DNA from: Macrostomum lignano
Lineage: Eukaryota
DNA: 64,000 nt
Direction: 5' to 3'
NCBI GenBank assembly: GCA_002269645.1
Contig: NIVC01002367.1
Location: 1-64,000 of the forward strand
Made by a program: the position numbers and the translations under genes. This document shows, one piece after another, positions 37,548-50,216 of this stretch. The notes beneath the pieces were generated by a model. It was not told where the DNA came from, did no database searches, and saw nothing but the letters and a program-made list of their open reading frames with translations. How positions within the stretch are numbered: the stretch's first letter is position 1; each line of letters starts with the position of its first letter.

Positions 37548-40500
37548 AGGCTAGATTAGCAATCCATTCTATTCCAATTAATCCATGATTTGGGCTAGGT
37601 TAGCAATCCATTCTATTCCAATTAATCCATGATTTTGGCTAGGTTAGCAATCCATTCTATTCCAATTAATCTGGCTAGATTAGCAATCCATTCTATTCCA
37701 ATTCATCCATGATTTGGGCTAGGTTAGCAATCCATTCTATTCCAATTAATCCATGATTTTGGCTAGATTAGCAATCCATTCTATTCCAATCAATCCATGA
37801 TTTTGGCTAGATTAGCAATCCATTCTATTCCAATCAATCCATGATTTTGGCTAGATTAGCAATCCATTCTATTCCAATTAATCTGGCTAGATTAGCAATC
37901 CATTCTATTCCAATTAATCTGGCTAGATTAGCAATCCATTCTATTCCAATTCATCCATGATTTGGGCTAGATTAGCAATCCATTCTATTCCAATTAATCC
38001 ATGATTTTGGCTAGATTAGCAATCCATTCTATTCCAATTCATCCCATGATATTGGCTAGATTAGCAATCCATTCTATTCCAATTCATCTCATGATATTGG
38101 CTAGATTAGCAATCCATTCTATTCCAAATAATCCATGATTTTGGCTAGATTAGCAATCCATTCTATTCCAAGTAATCTGGCTAGATTAGCAATCCATTCT
38201 ATTCCAATTAATCTGGCTAGATTAGCAATCCATTCTATTCCAATTCATCCATGATTTTGGCTAGATTAGCAATCCATTCTATTCCAATTATTTCATGATT
38301 TTGGCAAGATTAGCAATCCATTCTATTCCAATTAATCTATGATTTTGGCTAGGTTAGCAATCCATTCTATTCCAATTCATCCATAATTTGGGCTAGATTA
38401 GCAATCCATTCTATTCCAATTAATCCATGATTTTGGCTAGATTAGCAATCCATTCTATTCCAAGTAATCTGGCTAGATTAGCAATCCATTCTATTCCAAT
38501 TAATCTGGCTAGATTAGCAATCCATTCTATTCCAATTAATCCATGATTTTGGCTAGATTAGCAATCCATTCTATTCCAAGTAATCTGGCTAGATTAGCAA
38601 TCCATTCTATTCCAATTCATCACATGATATTGGCTAGATTAGCAATCCATTCTATTCCAATTAATCCATGATTTTGGCTAGATTAGCAATCCATTCTATT
38701 CCAAGTAATCTGGCTAGATTAGCAATCCATTCTATTCCAATTAATCTGGCTAGATTAGCAATCCATTCTATTCCAATTAATCCATGATTTTGGCTAGATT
38801 AGCAATCCATTCTATTCCAAGTAATCTGGCTAGATTAGCAATCCATTTTATTCCAATTCATCACATGATATTGGCTAGATTAGCAATCCATTCTATTCCA
38901 ATTCATCCCATGATATTGGCTAGATTAGCAATCCATTCTATTCCAAATAATCCATGATTTTGGCTAGATTAGCAATCCATTCTATTCCAAGTAATCTGGC
39001 TAGATTAGCAATCTATTCTATTCCAATTAATCTGGCTAGATTAGCAATCCATTCTATTCCAATTCATCCATGATTTGGGCTAGATTAGCAATCCATTCTA
39101 TTCAATTTCATCTCATGATATTGGCTAGATTAGCAATCCATTCTATTCAAATTCATCTCATGATATTGGCTAGATTAGCAATCCATTCTATTCAAATTCA
39201 TCTCATGATATTGGCTAGATTAGCAATCCATTCTATTCCAATTCATCTCATGATATTGGCTAGATTAGCAATCCATTCTATTCAAATTCACCTCATGATA
39301 TTGGCTAGATTAGCAATCCATTCTATTCAAATTCACCCCATGATATTGGCTAGGTTAGCAATCCATTCTATTCCAATTCATCACATGATATTGGCTAGAT
39401 TAGCAATCCATTTTATTCCAAAAAATTCATGGTTTTGGCTAGATTAGCAATCCATTTTATTCCAAAAAATTCATGGTTGTGGCTAGATTAGCAATCCATT
39501 CTATTCCAAAAATTCATGGTTTTGGCTAGATTAGCAATCCATTTTATTCCAAAAATCCATGGTTTTGGCTAGATTAGCAATCCATTTTATTCCAAAAAAT
39601 CCATGGTTGTGGCTAGATTAGCAATCCATTCTATTCCAAAAATTCATGGTTGTGGCTAGATTAGCAATCCATTTTATTCCAAAAATTCATGGTTGTGGCT
39701 AGATTAGCAATCCATTCTATTCCAAAAATTCATGGTTGTGGCTAGATTAGCAATCCATTTTATTCCAAAAATTCATGGTTTTGGCTAAATTAGCAATCCA
39801 TTTTATTCCAAAAATCCATGGTTTTGGCTAGATTAGCAATTCATTTTATTCCAAAAATTCATGGTTTTGGCTAAATTAGCAATCCATTTTATTCCAAAAA
39901 TCCATGGTTTTGGCTAGATTAGCAATCCATTTTATTCCAAAAATTCATGGTTGTGGCTAGATTAGCAATCCATTTTATTCCAAAAATTCATGGTTTTGGC
40001 TAGATTAGCAATCCATTTTATTCCAAAAATTCATGGTTTTGGCTAGATTAGCAATTCATTTTATTCCAAAAATTCATGGTTTTGGCTAGATTAGCAATCC
40101 ATTTTATTCCAAAAATCCATGGTTTTGGCTAAATTAGCAATCCATTTTATTCCAAAAATTCATGGTTTTGGCTAAATTAGCAATCCATTTTATTCCAAAA
40201 ATCCATGGTTTTGGCTAGATTAGCAATCCATTTTATTCCAAAAATTCATGGTTGTGGCTAGATTAGCAATCCATTTTATTCCAAAAATTCATGGTTTTGG
40301 CTAAATTAGCAATCCATTTTATTCCAAAAATCCATGGTTTTGGCTAGATTAGCAATCCATTTTATTCCAAAAATTCATGGTTGTGGCTAGATTAGCAATC
40401 CATTTTATTCCAAAAATTCATGGTTTTGGCTAGATTAGCAATCCATTTTATTCCAAAAATTCATGGTTTTGGCTAGATTAGCAATTCATTTTATTCCAAA

Positions 40501-40987
40501 AATTCATGGTTTTGGCTAAATTAGCAATCCATTTTATTCCAAAAATCCATGGTTTTGGCTAGATTAGCAATCCATTTTATTCCAAAAATTCATGGTTGTG
40601 GCTAGATTAGCAATCCATTTTATTCCAAAAATTCATGGTTTTGGCTAGATTAGCAATCCATTTTATTCCAAAAATTCATGGTTTTGGCTAGATTAGCAAT
40701 TCATTTTATTCCAAAAATTCATGGTTTTGGCTAGATTAGCAATCCATTTTATTCCAAAAATCCATGGTTTTGGCTAAATTAGCAATCCATTTTATTCCAA
40801 AAATTCATGGTTTTGGCTAAATTAGCAATCCATTTTATTCCAAAAATCCATGGTTTTGGCTAGATTAGCAATCCATTTTATTCCAAAAATTCATGGTTGT
40901 GGCTAGATTAGCAATCCATTTTATTCCAAAAATTCATGGTTTTGGCTAAATTAGCAATCCATTTTATTCCAAAAATCCATGGTTTTG
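37548..40987. repeat. 3.4-kb satellite, 36-45-bp units built on ggctagattagcaatccattctattccaa
   Basis: Tandem periodicity with regional variants. Confidence 0.98.
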
Positions 40988-42206
40988 GCTAGATTAGCAA
41001 TCCATTCCGTTGTGTAATCCTGCCCGTTTTTGCTCTCGCGCCCCGCCCTAACCCTTCCAGCTGGTCTGCTGGAGTTTTCTGCCTCTAGTTTTCTCAATCA
41101 GTGCGTACGCTGATTGCGCGAGCTCGCACCTCACCCTACCGTACCGTACATTCGCTCTTAAATTATATAATATTCATGTATTCATAGGTCAAATGATAAA
41201 TATAAAATGAAGTTGCTGTCTAGTGAGCAGCCGCCGTAGCTGTTGGCTATTGTCAAAACTGAAATGACTCAGACTAGCTATTTAGTTTTGGCGAGAGAAA
41301 AGGATGCACTTAACTGAGCCGACTGCTCAATTCAATATATTTATAGGCACGAGAGTATTGCGTAATTAGAATATTGCTACAAATTCATGGACCAAGCCTG
41401 CCGTACATTATTACCGCGCAGAGCGTACACTACATCTATCTTCTATCTATATACTAATTTTGCGCTGTATTCGTGCGTGCTCGGGATGCTCGTGTAATTG
41501 ATTTTTTCGAGAATGACTCAACCGATTCTCTTCAAACTTGCACCATTCGATCAGAAATTTTCCTGGGATGGTGCATGCATCTTGGCTAAGAAATTGATCA
41601 ATATTAAAGGGATTAAATATTCGAAAAACATCATTTTATGCAAAGGTCAAGCAGCTCTTTCGACCTGAAATGCATTGTAAGACAGCTAGAGAAAAACTAG
41701 AGAAAAACCTGACTGACTGAATTTCAATTCTGATAAAGATTGCATCACAGCAAGTTGAAAACAGTGCCAAAGAAATGCACACACGACTTTAAATTGCGTA
41801 ACCATATTGCTAACTTAAATTGAGACTGATACGGGCTGACTGAGAAATTGATTATGTCATAACTTCTTACTCTCTTACTTCTTAACCTCTTACATTGTTA
41901 CTGTACATTTTACTGCATGTGCACACAGGCTGCCAGTGCCCACCCTCGCTGCTATATTATTCATTCAGCTTGGCTGATGCAGAAAGGTGGGTCTCACTCT
42001 CACATGTCGTTGCAGTGAGAGATGAAATGAAATATATAGTGTTGGTTTTGTGCACTGGAATTATTCTTTTTTGGTGCCCATGGGTACTCACACGACTGAC
42101 GTACTGCAAATTGCAAATTTGCGATGTGAATTGGCCCTATGCTCAAGATATCATTTTGCTATCCATAAATTAGCCATATGCCTGCTATCCTAATAATTTT
42201 TTGGCG

Positions 42207-42820
42207 ATGACTCGACGTGGTGCAAGCGGTGTAAAGAAAGCAGGTGAGGCTAAGCGAAGGCGGCTTGCCGAAACGGAAGCTGATAGGGATGCTCGTCTGC
42301 AAGCAGGTCGTGAGCGAGACGCTGCCCGAAGAGCTGCCCAAAGAGCTGCCGAAACGAAAGCTGATAGGGATGCTCGTCTGCAAGCAGGTCGTGAGCGAGA
42401 CGCTGCCCGAAGAGCTGCCCAAAGAGCTGCCGAAACGAAAGCTGATAGGGATGCTCGTCTGCAAGCAGGTCGTGAGCGAGACGCTGCTCGAAGAGCTGCC
42501 CAAAGAGCTGCCGAAACGGAAGCTGATAGGGATGCTCGTCTGCAAGCAGGTCTTGAGCGAGACGCTGCCCGAAGAGCTGCCCAAAGAGCTGCCGAAACGG
42601 AAGCTGATAGGGATGCTCGTCTGCAAGCAGGTCGTGAGCGAGACGCTGCCCGAAGAGCTGCCCAAAGAGCTGCCGAGACGGAAGCTGATAGGAATGCTCG
42701 TCTGCAAACAGGACGCGAGCGACAGAAAGAACGAAGAGCTTCTGAAGTGGACCATGAGCGTGAGGCTCGCTTGGAGGCTGATCAGTTAAGGAGGCGTCGT
42801 TGTACTCTTTATCATGACGT
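42207..42820 (+). CDS. Helitron exon 1: 81-bp (27-aa) STPR-like helical repeats (ETEADRDARLQAGRERDAARRAAQRAA), about 5-6 copies
   Basis: ATG 42207; donor GT|GTAAGT at 42820/42821, phase 2. Confidence 0.8.
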
Positions 42821-42993
42821 GTAAGTTGAATTAGTTTGTCTTATTGAGTTTTAAAAAATGAGGTTAGATTAATGACGGAGTTAATTAGATGTAGAATGTA
42901 GAGAGCCTTTGTTCGCCCCCTGTGCGCTGATTATCATTTTTTGTCATCCTAGCAGCTTATTTGTTGTTGTTGTTGTTTGTTGATTGTGGATAG

Positions 42994-43506
42994 CACTCCA
43001 TCCTTCAGTGCCGTGTCTGTGCCCAGGCATGTGCCCCTCAGTGCTTCACAAGTGACACGTGTGGCAGGCGACGGCAACTGCTGGTATCACGCGGTTGCTG
43101 ACCAGCTGAGAGGAACTCCAATTTACGTGGAGCATCAGCAGCTACGAAGAACTATGGCTGACCGTGTACGTTCCCTATTGGAAGCTCGAGCTAATCTGCT
43201 TCATGCTCAGGGTCTGACAGTGGCGCATGTGATCCAGGATACGGAGCGTAACAGTGTCGAAGTTCATGACTGTGTTGCCTCTCTTCTGCACGAATTGCTG
43301 GATGTCAATTTTGCCATTTACCAACTTGATGACAATGATCACAGCCGGCTGCAATTAGTGGAAGATGGGTTCGCAGCCACCCAGCCTCCAGTGGCCACAG
43401 TGCGACTTCTGTTTAACCGGCACCTGCGACACTACGACTCGTTGCGTATAGTTGATACCTCTGAAGCGAGGCAGCCAACTGTCTGCTGTAAGCTGCCTGA
43501 TTTTAG
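42994..43506 (+). CDS. Helitron exon 2: OTU-family cysteine protease (deubiquitinase-like)
   Basis: GDGNCWYHAVADQL and HYDSL catalytic motifs; phase-2 acceptor (42994 or 43009), donor AG|GTAAGT at 43506. Confidence 0.9.
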
Positions 43507-43720
43507 GTAAGTCATCTTCTATGACCGTTTTCGTTGTGCTGATGCGCTCAATGTATTTTTCGCTTCCACTGAATTGTATTTTGCTGCATTAATAGTATTG
43601 CCGCACTGTACGGCCTGTATTACGACTCATATTATTACGGCTGCTAGGATGACAAAGAATGATAATCGATCATTTCATTGCATTGAAATTTGGTAGGCCC
43701 ATTTCCTTTCCTGTCGCCAG

Positions 43721-43843
43721 CTCAAGCGGTGTCTCCAGCTTAAAGCGCCCTCCAGCGCCCTCAAGTCGAGATCGCGCTGGGACAGACAGTCCTGGGAGAT
43801 GCCAAGTTGGTGCAGCAGCCGGTGGACAACCTGTTCGACCTGT
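43721..43843 (+). CDS. Helitron exon 3: symmetric phase 2-2 linker exon (123 nt)
   Basis: Acceptor ttcctgtcgccag, donor GT|GTAGGT, open in frame. Confidence 0.55.
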
Positions 43844-44297
43844 GTAGGTTGCTGGTTTTTATTTTTCTTTTTAATTTCAGTCACATATTTACCTATAACA
43901 TTAGCTAGAACTAGAATGGTAGTATGATAGTAGTATGGTAGTAGAATGGTGGTACCTGTAACATTGTCTCTCTCATGTGTACTCCATGCTCCCATGTCTT
44001 TTCTCCTTCATCTATCCTTCAAATTAGGACGAAGTAAATTGGAACTTTAACAAGAAATGCACAGAGGTTCTTTTTGCGTTAAGAAACCTGTTTTGTGGAT
44101 ACTTTTTTACTTCTGCTTGATTGCTTTTCTGATTGAGAATTTCGAACTTCGACCGATGCAAAAAGAAACTACGTCTCGGCCTCAGTTAGTCCCCTTTTTA
44201 TTTCTTATTTCCTCTTTCTCAGTTTGAAATTTGCATTTGCATTCGCCGTTTGCATTTTGGAAAAAAATGTGGTTTTATTACATTTTTGTTATAACAG

Positions 44298-47200
44298 ACC
44301 ATCGGCAGCAGCTCATCGAGCCTATCGCATGGAGACGTCCTGTCCGCGTTGCGGTGCTCTGAAGTGGAAGCTGGAGACACCCGGTCTTTGCTGCTGCAAT
44401 GGGAAAGTTCGAATTGAGCCGCTCAGTGTTCCCGAAGAGCTCAGGCAGCTGTACCAAGGCGTGCATGCAAAAAGCAGCGTCTTCCTGCAGAACATCCGGA
44501 AGTACAACGCAGCGCTGCACATGACGTCTTTCGGAGTGAAGGAACGGCAAATGCCAGGCGGCTGCGCCAGCGTCATAATCAACGGCAAGCTGCACCATAG
44601 AATCGGCAGTCTGCTGCCTCAGAAGGATGCTCCGGCCAAGTTCATGCAGATTTTCTTCTGCGACTCGGAGCTGGACACGCGAATGTCTATGGTACAAGGA
44701 CTGGACCGAGATCTGCTGCAGCTACTACAAGGCGTTCTGCATCGCGAGAACTCGTATGTGCGCACCTTCAAGGCCGTTATTGATGCGGTCAAGGAGAAGC
44801 CTGAGTTGCGGCAAGCGTCTATTGTGTTTCACGCTGACAAAAAGACTAAGGAAGGGCATATAAAGTGAGTATGTTATTAATGAATAAAGTGTTTCCATTT
44901 GTACTGTACAATGCTACTTATAGTAGGACGTGCCGAATGAGTGATTAATATTGGTTATTTAGCTATATCCTTTTTATCACTTATCAAAATACAGGCAGTT
45001 TAATAAGCCGGCGTACAACGAAGTGGCTGTTTTGCTTCCGACTGACAATGTGAACAGTGACGAGTGCGTAAAGAGGCGCGACATCATCGTTAGCCTGCAA
45101 GATGGAGGCGCAGTGAAGCGAGTAGACGAGACCCACCGCAGCTACGATGCCCTGGAGTATGTGCTTTTCCATGCTCGGGGCGAAGACGGCTGGTTTCTTG
45201 GCAGGACAAACCCGAATGGCTCTAGGCTGACACCCCGTGCTATGTATGCTTATATGCTGATGGTCCGGCCCGGGGTGTTCAGCCCCATGCACTATGGTCG
45301 GCGGCTGTTTCAACAGTACATTGTCGACCAAGCTGCCAAAATCGAGAGTGAGCGGCTGAACTACATCTCCAGTCACCAAGAAGATTTGCGCTCGGAGACC
45401 TACAGTGGTTTGAGAGACGCCCTGATTGTTGAGCAAGTGGATTCAAGCAGAGTCGGGCAGCGGGTGACGGTGCTGCCCTCCACGTTTGTGGGCGGAGCCA
45501 GGTACATGCGGGAGCGACAGCAGGACGCTCTTTGCTATGTGCAGAAATTTGGCCGGCCGGAACTGTTTATCACCATGACAGCCAATCCTCAATGGGAGGA
45601 GATCGTGCAGGCGCTGCTACCCAACCAGAGTCCTTCTGACAGACCCGACCTGGTCATGCGTGTTTTCGACCTAAAGAAGAAGGCGCTGATGAAGAGAATC
45701 AAGACGTTGTTTGGCGTGGAGATTGCCCATGTTCTCTCGCTGGAATACCAGAAAAGGGGTGAGGAAACTATTACTCTTGGTTTATCACGCTTTCATTTTT
45801 AAGCATTAAAGTCACTTATTTTAACGAAGATCATAAGAGAGATCGAATTTTTATCTCCTATGTATGTTTGTACGCTCTATTTTACTTTTCCGCAGGCCTT
45901 CCTCACGTTCATGTTCTGCTATGGCTGGCTCCGCAGCACAAGGTGACGCCTGATCGCTATGACGCAGTAGTTTGCGCTGAAATTCCAAGTATTCAAGAAG
46001 ATCCTGAGCTGCACTGGCTGGTTGTGGACAACATGCTCCACGGACCGTGCGGTCAGCTGAACCCGAAGTGCGTGTGCATGGAGAACAATGTGTGCACCAA
46101 GGGATTTCCAAAGGAGTTCCAGACTGCCACGATTGTTAACGATGACGGCTACCCGTTCTACAGACGGAGGTCCCCTGAGGCTGGAGGATTTACTGGCAGG
46201 AAAATGTTTCGAGGCAAGGAGATTGTGATGGATAACCGGTGAGTGGAGAATGTAATAATTGTATTTAAATGTGTTGTGTATGCGTTAAGTGTTGTAAGTT
46301 TAGGTTTTTTAGGTTTTATCAATGTTGTTCATATTTTTTAAAATTTACTATAAGTCTTAAAGACGAGAAAAACAGTATTTCAATACATTACTGATTGCAT
46401 GGATTAATATTTAAGAATGGTATTTTAACACCCTTTGGTAGGTTTGTGGTGCCGTACAACCCTGTGTTGTTGCGCGAATTTCGTTCGCATATCAACGTGG
46501 AAATTTGCTGCTCTGTCAAAGCTATCAAGTACGTTCTGAAGTACGTCAATAAGGGCCCTGACATGTCTGTTTGTGGTGTTCGATCTTGTGACGAAATTGA
46601 AGCTTATCTGGTGGCACGGTACATTGGACCATGCGAAGGAGTGCAAATGATTCTCGGCATGGACATCCACAGCCGGTTCCCGCCTGTTGTGCCGCTGTGT
46701 GTGCATCTCAGGAATGAGAACAAGGTGTTCTTTACTGAAGACACTGCTATGGAGAAAGTGGCTCGACCGCCAAAAAGCAAGCTCACCGCGTTCTTTGATC
46801 TGTGCAGCCAGGATGAGTACGCGCAGAGAGTGCTGTACACGGAAGTTCCGCAGTTTTACACCTGGAATCAATCTGGGAAGCAATGGAAACGACGTCTAAA
46901 TGGTGCCCGTCTGAAAGACCAAGATGCTGTGAAGCAATATCCAAGCATTGGTCGAATGTACACAGTGAGCCCAAGAGCCGGTGACGTGTTTTACCTGCGG
47001 CTCGCTCTGCTTCATGTGAGGGGCCCTGTGAGTTTCGAAGATTTGCGAACCGTCAGCGGAGTTCTGCATTCTTCCTACCGAGATGCGTGCAAAGCACTGG
47101 GATTGTTAGAAGATGACCAGCATTGGCGCCTGTGGAATGAAGAAGCTGTGGAGACACAAATGCCTGCGGCGCTCAGGTGCCTGTTTTCCGTCATTCTCGT

Positions 47201-48764
47201 GCACGGTGATGCAGTTGACACTCTGGACCTGTGGAGAAGATTTCGAACGGCAATGGGTGAAGATTTTGCGTACCGCTACAAGCTGGATGACCAAGATGAA
47301 GTGGATGACGGAGTTCTGGCTGATCTGGCGCAACGCAGTGTGGCAATGGTGGAATGTACTTCATCGATGCTGCTGGCGGAACTGGAAAGAGCTACCTGCT
47401 GGAGCTGCTGCTGGCTGCTGGCCTGCGGTCCCGCGGTGAGCTGGCCATGGCGGTGGCGAGCACAGGCATCGCGGCGACCCTGCTGCCCGGAGGCCAAACT
47501 GCGCATTCGGCGTTCAAGATTCCGGTTTGCTTGGTGAGACCGGAAATGAGCTTCTGCGCCATCGGCAAGCAAACTGCTCTGGCTGAAAAGTTGCGCCGCA
47601 CAAGGTTGATTGTGTGGGATGAGGCTGCCATGACGCATAGAAGGGATATGGAGACGGTGGAAAGAAGCCTGAGAGACCTGGTTGCTGACAACCAGGCCTA
47701 ACAACCAGGCCTTTCGGTGGTCTGGTTGTTGTGCTGGCTGGTGACTTTAGACAGCTGCTGGCTGTTGTCAAGGGCGGCACTGCAGCGAATACTGTGGAGA
47801 CCTGCATCAACCAGAGTCCGCTGTGGCGTGGATTTAGACAGCATCGGCTGACTCGGAATTTGCGACTCCTGACCGATGGCGAAGATTCTGCATCTGCTCG
47901 ATACGCAGAATTTTTGCTGCAGGTAAGCTTTTTCGGCATCCACCCTATTGTCATCGATTTTTGTAATAGTGAATTTTGCAGACCAGTAGTTTAATTTAGG
48001 TCGGTGAGGGTCGCCTGCCTGAAGATGACGAAGGCAACGTGCAGCTGCCAGCGGAGATCTGCATGCCAGATGGAGCGCAGACCAGCGATCTGATTGGCGA
48101 GGTTTTCCCGAGCTTCGAGCAGACGGCTGAGCGGGAGCGCATGTTCGAGTCAAGGGCTATTCTGGCTCCGCACAACAAGACGGTGGACGAGATCAACGAG
48201 GCCTGCATGGCTCTGTTTCCTGGAGACGCTGTCGAGTACCGGTCCTTTGACTCGGTGCCGAATGACGAAGAGGCGGTGACCGTGTTCCCCAGCGAGGTGC
48301 TTAACGGCCTGAACCCACCTGGACTGCCGCAGCACCTACTCAGGCTGAAGGTCGGAGTGCCTGTGATGCTGCTGAGGAACGTGCATCCACCCAGGCTCTG
48401 CAACGGCACCAGGCTGATCGTAGCGAAGATGCAGCCCAACGTCCTGGTGTGCCAGATCGCCTCTGGTGCCTTCAAGGGCGAGGTTGTGATGCTGCCGCGA
48501 ATCGGCCTGGAGCCCAGCGCTGCGGATCTCCCGGTACAGTTCAGGCCGTTGCAGTTTCCGGTGCGTTTGTGCTTCGCCATCACTATTCACAAGAGCCAAG
48601 GTCAATCTCTTGATGCTTTTGGTATGCATTTAGGTATGTCTTGCTTTCAGCACGGCCAGCTGTATGTGGCGCTAAGCCGTGCAAAAAACTATGGAAAAGT
48701 GAAAGTGATTGCCAATGGAAGGCGAACAAGAAATGTCGTATTGAAAGCTGTGCTGACAATGTAG
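44298..48764 (+). pseudogene. Helitron RepHel (Zn finger, HUH Rep, PIF1 helicase); exons 44298-44864, 44995-45758, 45896-46238, 46442-47922, 48000-48764; disrupted at ~47330 and ~47700
   Basis: CPRC...CC; FITMTANPQW; EYQKRG|LPHVH; KYVLKYVNKG; GGTGKS; WDEA; GDFRQL; QFPVRLCFAITIHKSQGQSL; QLYVALSR; all splice phases consistent. Confidence 0.95.
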
Positions 48765-48967
48765 TTAACTTTTTCGTCATTCGTCACTCTGCCTTTGTTT
48801 TTTCATTGTTCGACTGAGTGGTTTGAAGGAATTAAAATATAAAATAAAAATATATGTTTGCATCATTGAAATCAAAATATATATGGTGACGTCTTCGTTT
48901 GTTTCTTTGGTGGTACTTCCATCGCTTTTTCTTGCGATCATTTATGAAGGAGAAATTTTGTAATTCT

Positions 48968-48969
48968 GC

Positions 48970-49030
<61 letters not shown>
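48968..49030. repeat. (TCTG)n microsatellite
   Basis: Direct. Confidence 0.95.
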
Positions 49031-49035
<5 letters not shown>

Positions 49036-49379
49036 ACATCGTGCTTTTTTGTGTTTAGCATTTTGTGTTTTTAGGTGTTTTAATAAAAAAATTTTTTTGC
49101 ACTACTACTCGTAAGATTCGAACCCAGGTCGAACAACGAGGCCTGCATGGCTCTGTTTCCTGGAGACGCTGTTTCCTGGAGCGTCTCCAGGAAACAGTAA
49201 ATCATTGACAAAAGATAGCATAGATGCGAACAGACTGGACTGCTAATGCCGCATCTGCAAAAGAAATTCAAATGCCGCATCTGCATTAGCAGTCCAGTTT
49301 GTTCGCATCTATGCTATCTTTTGTCAATTGGAGAACATGAATTGTGGCCCTTATAATTCAATTCTTATAGCAATTCGGT

Positions 49380-49598
49380 TAGAGTAAGAAGTTATGACAT
49401 ACTCGTAATCAATTTCTCAGTCAGCCAGTATCAGTGTCAATTTAAGTTAGCAATATGGTTACGCAATTTAAATCAAGTCGTGTGTGCATTTCTTCGACAC
49501 TGTTTTCAACTTGTTGTGATGCAATCTTTATCAGAATTGAAATTCAGTCAGCACGCACGCACGAATACAGCGCAAAACTAGTATATAGAAAGAAAAGA
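49380..49598 (-). mobile_element. Inverted, internally deleted copy of the Helitron 5' end
   Basis: Reverse complement matches 41435-41480 joined to 41714-41873; also begins A|TC. Confidence 0.9.
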
Positions 49599-50216
49599 TA
49601 TTACGGGTTCCTTTCTAGAATATTCTAGAACGAAAGGAAAATCCAAGGTGCGTACATAATATATAATACATACGTACGTTTAATACACAGCTGTATATGG
49701 CAGTTAAAAGTGAAATGTACGTGCTCTGAGAGTCAACTTTATTGGCACTAAGTCTTAGAGCGCCTTGCAGCTGGCCAGGCGGGGGGTCAATTGGCTGGGG
49801 GTGGCAGTGAGATGAATCAGCGTCTGGTGTTAGCTGTATAGCTGTATTATTACTTGCTGTGTGGCCCATAAGGATTTGGGTATGGGTAAGTATGGGGGTT
49901 TTCTGATTTGCTGGAAGCTCAAATCTTATTTTATTCTGTTAACCATTTGTTTGCCGAGCTAACTGCCCAGAAATTCAAATCAAGTGTACCAAATAATTTA
50001 CTTAAATTGGCACTCACGGCAGTCTTTCATCTGTTATTCATCTCGTTCTCGAGTTTGCAATATTCATCAGCGATCATTTTCTCGTAAGTTAAACTTATTT
50101 TTTGTTGCTTAAAGGGCAAAATTTTGAATCGGTGCATACATGTAGTCTTTTTCAGCATCGAATTTATTAAGTATATTAATTGATTTTATTGTCAATTTTC
50201 CAATCAATTTCAAGAA

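Larger units (their letters stand above)
41435..48965 (+). mobile_element. Helitron (autonomous type, RepHel damaged); 5' A|TC terminus at 41435; 3' terminus not identified and the element may extend to ~51650
   Basis: TCTATCTTCTATCTATATACTAAT 5' end preceded by A; spliced RepHel gene downstream. Confidence 0.9.

Noticed and set aside
37548-40987. CRISPR-like look (constant ~29-bp core plus variable tails)
   Set aside because: The tails are variants of one another, not unique spacers; eukaryotic context, no cas genes
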